Shown: positions 41,935 to 54,300 of the stretch, one piece after another
How positions within the stretch are numbered: position 1 is the first letter of the stretch
How the letters are laid out: each line of letters starts with the position of its first letter
Assembly: GCA_008369845.1 (NCBI GenBank)
Contig: MRSU01005588.1
Span: 1 to 64,000, forward strand
Direction of reading: 5' to 3'
From: Trichomonas gallinae
Lineage: Eukaryota
DNA length: 64,000 bases
Position numbers and translations under genes: made by a program
Notes under the pieces: model-generated
Seen by the model: only the letters and a program-made list of their open reading frames with translations
What the model was told of the DNA's origin: nothing
Databases searched by the model: none

Positions 41935-43410
41935 TTAAAATACATTTCGGTATGAGACAGGAAGACTCATTGTAAGAGTTTCATATTTCGGCAGCTCTTG
42001 TTCTGGTTCTTCATTAGATTTGGTGTAAATTTCTCTTGTGAGTGACTCTTCGAAAATAGAAATTGCGATGTTGAACATAATTGTTAAAGAGAAGAAAACC
42101 CAGATGCTCATGTACAAGAATGGCACCCACCAAGAAACATCAGCGCGATCCATGATGCTATCATATAAATCTTGGATGGAATCTCCATGAATAATAGCAA
42201 TAAGAACAACAGCGCCTTGTGTGAAGGTCGCAAAGTTAACTGCGTACGTGCCGAATAATGAGCAACCTAATACTAAGTATCCTGCAAATATAACGAGGCA
42301 ACCAAGCAAGAATTGGAGGAAAGTAACACCACCTGAGAAGATGACATTGACAATGATCATTGTACTTGGCTTTTGACGAAGGTATCTGATTAATAAGAAG
42401 CAGTGGAACATGGATGAAAGGGCCATGAGAGTATTTGTATATGGGAGCTGATCTTCATATTTGAATCCGTAAAGAGTATAAAGAGTACATGAGACAACTG
42501 TAACAGTGTGACAGAAAAGAGAGAAGAAACACCATTTGTCGTACTTTTCCCAGAAAACATCCACTGGTTTTTGAAAGTTACGTTCGGCCTTTTCTTTAGC
42601 AAAATCATAAACTTCATATGTATACAGCAAAGTTAATATTATGCCAATGGCACCTAATATAATTGTAGCAATAGGGAAAATCATGCCAATTGAGCCAATA
42701 ATTGGATCATTTGTCTTATTATCTGTAATTCTTGTATGATAAAAATCTACCAAGATTATATCACTATCTGTATCACGTGTAAATTCGCCAATAACTTCTA
42801 ATTCAACACGATTATCAACAGTATTTTCACTAACTTGCAAAGAATACTGCTGTGACATAATAATCTGTGCAAATGAGTCGAGGAAAGCATTAACTAATGG
42901 CGTTAAGAGAGTAACATTGCGTTGTGAGAATTTAACATCAAGTCTTTGTCCTCCAATTGTAACAATTGTGACATCAAAAGTATCGTATGGATAAAATGGA
43001 TGAGTAAGCGGGAGATCTTTTGAAAATGAGAAGAATCTGTTTCCAGTTGATTGTGTAACCTCGAGTAATTTTTGTTTGAAGTAGATTGTTCCTATCCAGC
43101 TATTTGACATTTCTGCTGGATCATCGAAATCATAGCCAGAAAGGAAATAATTGTCAATTGTTTTAGTAAAAGCAATTGTAAAATCATTAATTGATACTTG
43201 ATTTGTATAACCTATAAGAATATACATGATCATCATTGAAACTTCAATGAAACAAATCCAAGGAAGCTTGTAATCTAATGTCCAATTTCTAAAAATACGA
43301 TGGGGTTTATATCTCGAGCTATATTTTTTCTTATGATGAAGAATTGGTCGAAAATGAGCATTGCCCTCCATAGAAATTAAACTTAATCCACTGGAGGGGC
43401 TGTGATTCAT
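41935..43410 (-). CDS. Mucolipin/TRPML-like (polycystin-family) cation channel (491 aa)
   Basis: Basic N-terminus and PW before TM1, long luminal loop, five more hydrophobic segments; FAGYLVLGCSLFG, pore FATFTQGAVVLIAIIHGDS, S6 FLYMSIWVFFSLTIMFNIAISIFEESL. Confidence 0.8.
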   Translation of the reverse strand: MNHSPSSGLSLISMEGNAHFRPILHHKKKYSSRYKPHRIFRNWTLDYKLPWICFIEVSMMIMYILIGYTNQVSINDFTIAFTKTIDNYFLSGYDFDDPAEMSNSWIGTIYFKQKLLEVTQSTGNRFFSFSKDLPLTHPFYPYDTFDVTIVTIGGQRLDVKFSQRNVTLLTPLVNAFLDSFAQIIMSQQYSLQVSENTVDNRVELEVIGEFTRDTDSDIILVDFYHTRITDNKTNDPIIGSIGMIFPIATIILGAIGIILTLLYTYEVYDFAKEKAERNFQKPVDVFWEKYDKWCFFSLFCHTVTVVSCTLYTLYGFKYEDQLPYTNTLMALSSMFHCFLLIRYLRQKPSTMIIVNVIFSGGVTFLQFLLGCLVIFAGYLVLGCSLFGTYAVNFATFTQGAVVLIAIIHGDSIQDLYDSIMDRADVSWWVPFLYMSIWVFFSLTIMFNIAISIFEESLTREIYTKSNEEPEQELPKYETLTMSLPVSYRNVF

Positions 43411-45365
43411 TTATTTTTATATTATCGTCACTTTTTATTACTTGGCACTTTTTAAAATATAAAACGTGTCAACATTAAAATCTTCAATTTTAAAAATTGG
43501 GAAAATGTAGCCTATAATTTGGACTAGTATTCGGTCCATAGTATCTATCCATGGTATAGGTTTTATCCCGATGATATCTAAGAGATTCATGAGGGAGTTT
43601 TGGAGTTGATTTCAAATTATATCAAATCTTGTAAACAAAGCTAACCATGAGATTCTTATAAAATTCGATGAAATATGAAGTTTGTAATCAATCAAAATAT
43701 TAATTACAGTTTAAATATTATACATGATATATTACAAGAACTGTAATCAGGTAAGTGTATAAGTTAATTGTATGTAAATTACATGTGCATTGACACTTGA
43801 TGTTGTATTTTAGTGTGAATAACATAAATAATGAAAAAATGATAAAATATTCGAGCTTTATATGAATGATTTGCAAATATATGCAGAGCAAAGTAAGTAT
43901 TAATGCATTTGAATTATATTCTAAGAGCGCTGCTGTATTAAAAATGCATGTTTTAATTCGAATATTCTGTATTAATTTAGCTAGGCTCAAAATAATATGA
44001 GATCAATAGTTATCTATGGCATAGCAATGCATATGTATGTTTTAAAGGAGATTGGCGTACATTTTTTTGGAGCTCCAAGTTAGATTTTGAAAATAATACT
44101 ATGTAAAACTACATTTTATTCTTGATTTTTTTGAATTTTTCTAATTTTGGTTTTAAAAATCTTTGAATATCGAACTTTTGTATCTGTAGATAGAATTTGT
44201 TTTAACCCTTTAGTATGAACTTAACAACAAAAATAAGAAATATGATGAATGTGTAAAATAATATGATTTTTTTTAGTCTCGTAAAATAAATTGATGTATT
44301 AATGCATTATTTACTGGATTATATTAAAGAAATGTATTAATTTTAAGGAGTCATACATAGGAGTTGACGCTGAAATAAACAGATTTTCATATTGATCTTC
44401 TGATTTCATCCGGATGTATGGCATACAGATACGATAATTGTATTTTAATCATCGAATTTTACTTGTTTATGGTTTGTTTTATACATTTCATAATATTATA
44501 TTGACATTCCAAATCAGCCTTATAAACCTTTTTGAAGTTGAAGGATGTTGATCAGATATATGTATACTATGAGTGGATTATTTTTTTTTTCAAAAGTTCT
44601 GTGATACATTTTTTTTCCCCAAATTATCGAAATTGTTACCTTAGATTTTCGAATGCTTGTCGAGATATTATTGTAAAACAGAAGATTTGGCTACGAAGGT
44701 AGGTCGCAATTACGAGACCAATTTTATATCTAATAATGTTTTAACAAAAATTTTGAAACTGTGGATGAAAGTTATATATGTGATAGCAACACTAGTATAC
44801 TATCCTTTTGATTCAAAGAGAATTCTCTTGCCTTTGAAAATGGAACTTTGCCTTAATGAAAATTTTCCAGAGTTTTTTATATAAAATGTGTCATTATTAA
44901 AAGTGACATCAAAATATAGTAGATTATTTTGAATTCAATTTAAGAAATGGGAAAAATATATTATATATAATAACTTTAGATTTACTGCATCTTTCACGCC
45001 CATAAATCATTTCAAATCGTTAATTATTTGGTCACTTTTTCGGATTCATCAATTTCCACAAAATATTTTCTGATGTTTACAAAATTATCCACGAGCTGCA
45101 TTTTAGCGAAAAACAGCAGGGTTTGACCTATTTCCTTAGTGGATTTCGCATACTATATCAAGCACTATAATATGGATATATCACCATTGCCCAAAATAGC
45201 GTAGATAAGGAAATCCACAAAATTTTTTTTGTCACTTTTAAGGTTTCATAAAAATGTGTCATGCATCAAAATTTTTTGATAACTTTACAGTGTTTCGCAC
45301 AAATTTTTTGATTAACAGATAAACAAGCCAATTCCACGCCTAATGAAATCATTTCTGATATATAA

Positions 45366-45377
45366 AAAGTGACGGTT
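45366..45377 (+). promoter_or_regulatory. Core-promoter motif AAAGTGAC overlapping a Myb-like GACGGTT, just upstream of the talin-like ATG
   Basis: Sequence aaagtgacggtt. The same octamer lies near seven other start codons in the window and matches, from memory, motifs described in Trichomonas core promoters. Confidence 0.55.
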
Positions 45378-45392
45378 TTATAAGTATAAAAA

Positions 45393-48300
45393 ATGGATGG
45401 TGTTGTCACTCTCTATACAGTGTCCCAAGAGGCACCAGAGAACTACCAACCATTCCAGTATTATTTAGATTATACAGGAGACGAAGCTATTCAAACAGCA
45501 AAGCACTATTTAGGCGTCCCTCCAGAATTTGCATGCAATGCATACATTCAAAAAGGTGATGGATCAACTTTTTGGCTTGATATGACTCAGACATTGAGAG
45601 CTCAAGGACTTGAAATGGGAAATGTCATTGGTCTTCAGTACATCGCAACTCCGCAAATCGATGTAGGACAGCAAATGGCACAACCTGTCACCCAAGAGTA
45701 TTTCCAGCAGATACCAGGTGTCGAACCACAGTACATGCAGCCAAACGATCCTTACCAAATGCAACAAGTTTCTAATTTCGATCCAGTTGCTTTACAGTCG
45801 CCTGAACTCAACTCAGTTCAGGACTTCATGCTTCCAGAGTTCGATTCTTCAGCTCTGGCATTCAACAGCATGGTTGGAGACTTCACAGTTCCATCATGGT
45901 TCCAATCTAATAACGATTTCAACGATGCCGCGCAGTTCGCGACTGGCATGTTTGCCAACATCAACTTCAACTTCGCTATGCAAGAACCTGATAGTTTACA
46001 AGTCTCGCAATCGATTACAGCGAACGCAATTAACATGGAAGATGCAGAATACACAATTGTTGGCTCAACAACAGATGAATACGAATTTAACATCAACTCA
46101 TCCATCGCTGACTTCAACTCTGGACTCGGCTGGGGCGCAGCCTCAGGAGAAGGTGGTCCCGGAGAAGAATTCACAGAAGATGTCGTCACAATCCAGACAT
46201 TTATGCAATTCAAGGAGCCAGGAACAAAGGTTATCTACAGACTCAGCGATAATCCGCAGGAAGCCCTTTCTATGGCCCTCATGACGATGGGTAAAGATCA
46301 AGACGAAGAATTTGCCTTATTGATCATCGGCGAGGCCATAACAGACGATGGAACACCAGAGTCAAACTGGTTCGATGGAGATAAGCTTCTTTCTGACTTC
46401 CAGCCAAATCCGAAATTCGAAATCCACATTTTCCCGAAGTATATGCCAGTAACTGTACACACACAGCACTACAATTCTCACAAGCTTAACTTAGACATCA
46501 CAAAGAAGGTCGGTGACCTTGTTGGTGACGTCGCACAAGAATTAAATCTCGATTCTTTCCACTGTTTCACACTTTGCTCACTTGAAACGCAAAATTCACC
46601 GAAATACATGTCAATCGAAAAGTCAATTCCAGAACAAACGAAATATCTCAAAGAAGTTTTATTCATCCGCCAATACTACCTTTTCACAGTCGAAGATATT
46701 ACGACAATGGAACAGGCTATCTACGCTTTCGAAGATGCTAAAGAGCTTGCTAACAAGAGCTCTCTTGAACTTAGAAAGGAAGAAATCCTCAGATACGCCG
46801 CTCTTAACTACGTTGCGACAAACAAGGGCAAGACATCAGATGTTCCAGATGATGTATCTCCATATCTTCCAGACAAATACGCAAAGAAAGGACGTGGGGC
46901 CGGCAAAGGTGAACATGTCCAAAAATTCATCGACAAATATAAGCAATACTTCGATCATTTCAACGCTATCAAGAACTTCATCGGATTCTTACGTCATGTC
47001 CCAGGATTCGCTTCCCAAAAGTTCGAATGCCACTTCACAACAAAATTCCGTGGCGAAGACGTCGATTTGAACGTTGTAGTCGAAATCAATCCATACAGAC
47101 TCAACATTTATAACAGAGAGAATGGCATGCTCGAAGAAAATGTTTCATACTCGGAAATCATCTACGTCCAATGCGTTGACACACTCGATGTTCGCTTTGC
47201 CCCAGGCCCAGGCAAGAATGCTCTCTATCAATTCGAGTGCAACAAAGTCGAGCAGATGTACAAATTAATCTCCCGCTACAGAGAGATCACAAACAGGATC
47301 TACACAGACCGTGCGAAGAAGTACGCCAACAAGGGAGACTTCCAGAGCCTCATCACAGAAAAAGGAACAATTTATCTCGGAACAACAACAGATCTTAGCG
47401 ACGCAAACATCAAAGAATACAGATACGACAAGAAGTTCACAGGTGGGATCCTCCGCAAGGCCGCCGAGAACTACCTCAACATCCCAGAAGACGAAAATCA
47501 CGTTTGTCTCATTCACTTAGTTGATACAGTTTATCGCTGGGCGAAGGAAGACGATATTCTTCAAACATACTCACTCCAAGATGGTATGGTTGTCTATATT
47601 CTCAACCGCTACAAAGAAATTCGTATCCATTATCCAGATGATACAGTCAAAACAGTCAGAGTCGACATTACTCTTTCTATCGAAGAAATTACGAAATTCC
47701 TCTTCAAGAAGGCAAGGCTTCCAGTCATGCTGGGCTACACATTATGGTGGCCAGATGCGAAGAAGAACCTTGTTCCACTCGATTTCCGTATGACATTACC
47801 AGAACAAGTTGATGACTACAAAGAACTTTATTTCAGGAGAAGATTCTACGTTCTTTCCGCTGAAGTTCTTCAATCAACAGCATCTGCTGTCCAAACAGTC
47901 ATAGAATGCAAGAAATACATCGAAGAACAGAACTACAAGCTCGAAGACAACCAATTAATCAATCTCGGCATGAATTATTTATATGCAATCGGAACTCGTA
48001 ACATTCGTAAAGGAAAATTCGATCTTCAAGATTATGTTCCAAAGGCAAACACTATTAGCCAAAGCTTGAACCAAGAATTCAATCATCTGTTGAATGATGC
48101 CAAAGATACAACACAGCTTTCAGCTGCCAAGAAATACATCGCTTTAGTTCGTGGCTTGCCAGACTTCGGTGTCGAAAAGTTCAAATTCTCATCATACAGA
48201 GATGATTTCGGAAAAGGCCAAGTCATCAAGAAAGGCTACTTGTTCATTGGCCCATTCGGCGTCCAAATCCTTGATCCGAACGAGAAGCCGGTCTTCGAAA

Positions 48301-51300
48301 GAATTCCTTACAGACAGGTCAAATCATATTCAGCTTCACCGAACAACTTCAAGATCATTTTCGCTGTCCACAGACACACAGTCACTGGCTTCATCCGCAT
48401 CCGTGATTCTTCTCAGGTTGATATGATGATCACATATAACATCAAACTCAATCACGATTTGCAGATCCTCAACAAGGAAAGAAAGATGGAGCAGGCATTG
48501 GAAACAGCTCTCAGACTCAGTGGAGGCTGGAAGGATGAACAAGGCAGAGTTCACGGCCCGATGCTCGACTTCAGGATTGGTGTTTGGGGCGATCCACAGC
48601 TCAAAGAAACAACATGGTTCGATCTCGAAACACCACAGCCTAAAGTTCTCGAGACTTCATTAATCGTCACAAATCTCGATCAGAAAGAACAATGGGCGAC
48701 ATTAGTACAAGTCGTCAAAGGCGTCAACAAGTGGCTGCTTCCAGATATGATCCTCAGCGATGTTCATCCATATCGTGATGCAATTATTTATGTCCATCCA
48801 GCTAAATTATTGATCAAGTTCATTGTCTCAGATAAGCGCACGAAGGTTATCGAGATTGTCACAACTAAGACAGTCGAAGAACTAATCCCAATGATCGGCG
48901 ACAAATTCAAGATCAAGAACACATTGGGATATGCATTATTCGCTCCAGAGAGGAAGGAGAAACTCAGAACACTCGACAACTATAAGACAATCACAGAGCA
49001 GATCAACAAAGTCGCTGATCTTTACTTCAGAAGGTTCTTCTTCGTCATCAGCAAGAGCGAACTCGAAGACCCAGACTCACTTCTTGATCTTTACTACGAT
49101 GTCAAGCAGCTCGTTCTCGAAGGAAAGGTCGACATGAAGCTTCCTCTCGCTCTTGAACTCGCTTATTATTCGATCATCGCTGAACACGAGAATCCAAGCA
49201 CATCACACATCGCAGAAGATTTGTCGACAATGCTTCCGGCTGGAATGCAGTACCACAAGAAGTCAAGAAACGAAATCGTTGAAATGCTCAAGAAGAACCA
49301 GATCAAGACAACAAGAGAAGGCATGCTCAAGTACATCAACGCAGCACGTGCATTACCAACATTCGGTGCCACAAAGCACAACTGCACATTCATCCAGCGC
49401 GATGACAAGAAGGTCGCTGAAATTCCAGCAGTCATTCTTGTCGGTCCATCGAGAGTTTTCGTCGTCGGAAAAGCTCGCAAAGAGCAACTTGCTGAAGCAG
49501 AATATCGTCACTACATCAGGACAGAGTTCACAGACTCAGAGCTTCTCATCAAATACTCTTCAGACAAAGATACAGCATCGCAACACATCTTAGTTCGCGC
49601 TAGTGATCCGTCAATCATCGCAACTTTCGTCACAAAGCACATTAATATTTTACAACAGCTCCTTCACCGTCGCGTCTCAGAACTCGATCCAAACGCTGAC
49701 CCAGTCACATCAAAAGAGAGAGTCATTCTCAGAACATCTCGCGGCTGGAAGATAAAGGAAAACGATCCAATCCAGGCATACGATATGAGATATTCAGGCA
49801 TCCAAGTTCTCGCTCGTGCTCGCAAGCATCTTAAGCTCACAGAGAACATATCCTACTCTCCACTTCTTCAGCTTACTGATGATGAATTCCGGTGGATTGC
49901 TCCAGATGACCTTCTCGGCAACTACTTCCCATGCGACTACATGATCCTTCAGATCTTCCCGACACTCGTTCAGCTCAAAGTACATCTTGAGAACCAGCCA
50001 ACAGTCACAGTTACAGTAGATATCACGAAGCCACTTCATGAGCTCATTTCTCAAATCGCTGATCGTCTTTTCATCGACTATGCTATCGGCTACACACTTT
50101 GGATCGAGCGTCCGAACAAGTCACCACTTCCACTCGACTTATGCCTCTCCATTCCAGAGCAAGTCGCTGAGCCAACAGACTTCTTAGTCAAGCGCCGCTT
50201 CTTCTCATGGACAAAGGAAGACCGCCAGCAAGATTTCGTCGTAAGATCAATCTATCCAGATGTCAAGGCCAACATTCTCTCAGGCATCCCAACACTTCAG
50301 GATTCAAGGCCGCAAGAACTCGCCATTTACTCAATCTACGCTGAGAACCGGGGAATCAAAGATCCACAACAGCTTAAGATCCCTGAAGTCAAAGATCTCT
50401 TCCCATCGAACACGAAGAAGGACAAGATCAACATGGACAACATCAAGAAGTACATCAGAACTAACCCAGTCATGAAGCAGCTCATCGCACTCAAGAAGTA
50501 TATCCTCGTCGCGAAGAACTGCAACAACTTCGGCTCTGAAATCTTCAACTGCACAATCTATGATGACGTCAGAATCAAGACACCTGCTGATATCAAGATC
50601 GCTATCGGTCCAATCGGCGTCGGCTTCCAGGGCAGCTACATGAAGACGAACTCCGATGGCACAGAAACACCAGCTAAACTCAACGAACGTATTTCTTACC
50701 AATACATCCATGACTACTTCCTCATGGTCGACCACGTCACAATCCGCGTTTCTCAAGCCAACGGCAAAATCAGATCATTCCAGATCCAGTCTCGCAAGGC
50801 CAAAGAGATCTTCTCACTCCTCAAGCAGTACATTGAGATCATCAACAAGATCATCAAGGCTCGTGAGCGTCTTCAGGCTCAAAACGAAGACTTCAAGAAG
50901 AAGATCACAGGCAAGATCGACTTCCCGATCAAGATCCCAGTCACTCGCCGTCTCGATCACCCGAACCCACCACAGTTTAAGTTCGGCAGAAACTTCACAG
51001 GCCACGAAATCATGGAACTTTCTCTTTACTACTTCGCTCTTCCACAGGAAGTTGATAAATGGTGCCTTTTGTACAGAAGCGAGAAGATCGAAAACGAAGA
51101 AACCAAGAAAGTCTACCACTGGTTCAGACCAACACAGAAGCTCCAGGAATACAACCCAACGCCTGGCGATCTCATCATTCTTCTCCCACTTAAGCCATCA
51201 GTCACTGTTGAAACAGAGCACGGACTTTCTCACACATTCAACCTCGATGTCACACAGCCAATCTTAGAGCACACGAAGGAGACAAACGAGTTCTTCAAGA

Positions 51301-54300
51301 TCGGATCCAACCTCGGCTTCACATTCTACGACAAGCTCGAGGACGACTCTTTCCATCCACTCGACTTCACTCGCTCAATTCCAACACAGACACAATACTT
51401 CAGCAACATCATGCTCAGGAGAAGGTTCTTCATCTTCACATACGAAATGTTTGATGATCCAGAGTCTGTCATGTCCATCTACATGGACACGAAGCTCTTC
51501 ATTGTCCAGGGCAAGCTCGTCGTCAACGTCGAAAAGGCCATCGACTTGGCCATTCTCTCATTATACGCAGAGACAGACGACACAGCTAAAGTCCTCGAGA
51601 AAGCAAACAGCATGAAGGTTGAACAAATCCAGGAGCTCTTCCCGAAGGCAATCGACGTCGATCAGAACCTCGCAGAGAAGTTCTCGAAGGCGGTAACAGT
51701 CCAGCCACCACTCGACAAGATCAACGCTGCTAAGGCATACATCAACAACACAATGATGATGCCAGGCTACGGTGAAGAAATTTACGATGTCAGGTACACA
51801 TATATCGAGGAAATGGGCGACAGCCAAGAAGACGATGGCAGAATCTCTGTTTCACCACGTTCCATCCTCATTCTAACAAACCAAGGACAGATTATCGGCG
51901 AGATCTTCTATCCGTTCCTTTCGGAGTGGAACTTGTATGATAAGAACAAGATGATTCCATTCACACATCTCCAAGACATCAACCCCGATACATTCATCCA
52001 GTTCGACTACACAGACTTCTCTGCTATGCACTATACAGTCAGAATAGAGTCTAAGCAGATCGAGAACATCGCATCATATGTCTCCAACTTGCTCGAAATC
52101 TTAGGATGGGAGAATATCGGACACATCATCGACTACAACCAGGGTCTCAACTTCAACAGAGAAGTCCACGTTGATGAAACATATCTCCTCGATGAAGACT
52201 TCTTCCACCACAACTTTGATAACATCGAAACAATCGAAATCAACCTCGACCATACATTCAAGATCGATCTAGATGATGATGACGATGAGAGAAACTTCAC
52301 ATTCAACGTCAACACGAACTTCAACGAACAAGAGTTCAACGAAGATGCTGGCGATTCTATCATGGACGATGACTTAGAATGGCGTGCAAATCCAGATGGT
52401 CTCCAGTACCAGCGTACAAAGAACCTCCTCGACATGATCGAGTTGGAACTCCAGATCTCACCAGAAGATATCGAGAAGCTCAATCCAACACAGTTCTTCC
52501 AACAGCTCGCTACACTTAACGACTCAATCAACCAGTTCACGACAGAGTGCACGAACGATGATCTTAGAGACAGATTCTTGAACATCCGTACAAGCATTGA
52601 TACTCTTTGCGACACAACACAAAACATCGTTCAAAACGATCAGGAAATTCGTCCATTCGTTGATATCATCCACACACAGCTTGCTCAAGCTTTGCAATTC
52701 ATCCCTGTTGCTCGTTCGCAGTCTGACTGGATGTTCGACAACTTCAAAGTTCAAATCAAAGAGAAGTCTCAACAAGTCACAACTGGCCCGAACAAGAAGG
52801 ACATGCCCGAGCTTTCAAAGAGTCTCATCATGATCTCAGACGCACAGGAATCTATTGCAGATACACTTCTCAGGAACTCCGGCCTCCTCAAGATCATGAA
52901 CATCGACACAATGGACCTCCAAGACAGGCTTCGTAACACATCAGCGACACTCACCAGACTTTCTGCGACACTCACAGAGCAGAAGAACCTCATGATGATC
53001 GCTCCTCACCTTATCCCACAGGTCACAAGTGCAACAAATGCACTTCAGGAGATCCAGGAGATCTTAGATACAGTCAAGGCAAATGATGTCTCTATTGCTG
53101 ACCTCGGTGAAGCACAGACCAAGCTCAGAACATTGCTAGCTGCTGCGCAGAAGCAGATCAGAGAGCAGGCAGTCAACCAGCCAGAACTTACACGCCGTGC
53201 AGTCATCATCATGGGTAACGACAATAGTATCCCAGAGACAATCTCAGGCCTTGAAGACATCCCAACATCTTCCATCAAGGAACTTCCAGAGGCAGCACAA
53301 GGACTTACTAACACAGCCATCGATGCTATCGAAGAGCTCAAGAAGAATCTTACACAGCTCAAGCTCAATCAAACAAGCGAAGCAGCAAGACTTGAAGCAA
53401 TCGCTTCACTCCACAGAACCAGCGACTCTGTTAAGGATGCTCTTGTTCAGCTCCGCAAGATTGGACTTGGCACAGTTCAAGATTCTCTCATCCTCAAGTT
53501 GAGCAACATCGAGAAACTTGTTGCCAACGAATTAGATTTGGTATCAACTAAGAACATCACGCCAGTCTCAGTCGCCAAAGTTAACGATGACCTCACATAC
53601 ATGCTCAACTTCTTCGCACGCATGAAACCATCAGCGGTTGCCCAACTCAATGAGAACGACCAGATGGTTCTTAACAAGCTCAAGGACTATCAGTTCAACC
53701 TTGCTCAGCAGCAGTCTGCTCTCATGGTGAACACAATCGACCCGAATGCTGTCTCAAGAGCACAATCTATTCTCATCCAGTTGAAGCAAGAGTTCCCAGA
53801 CATTTCTATCTCTATTTCACACATGGCCAGCATCGCAAACGATGCCAAGCTTCCGATCATCATCGAGCGTCTCGACATGAACATCAACAAGTCTCTTACT
53901 GATCCAATCGTTCAGGGTGAGAACTTGTCTGCTTGCGAATATGTCCTCAAGATGCAGGAAGCCAACTACGCGACAGCCAACCTCCTCAACGAACTCGCCA
54001 ACATCAAGAATCTTCCATCAGTTGCAGAAGACCAAGAACTCGCTGAGCGTTGCGCAAGAGCAATTGAGATGTCTCAGAAGGCATACTTGGATCTCAACGA
54101 CATCAGAAACGATGTTGTTCCAAATCCATTTTCAAGGAAGTCTCTCGACAGAACATATGAAGTCATCGTCAAGAACGTCAGCGCAATGAACGAAATCAAA
54201 GTTCTCGCTCACCGTGTCGCTGATGTTGCACAGAACGTCAGAATCGACCAGCTCACAGATGACATCATCGCAAACTACAACGCTGTCATCCACGGCCTTG

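Noticed and set aside
11834..43410. Apparent lysosomal/calcium gene cluster (PQ-loop, CBL, Rab, TRPML-like)
   Set aside because: Genes are dispersed among unrelated ones on both strands; no evidence of co-regulation.
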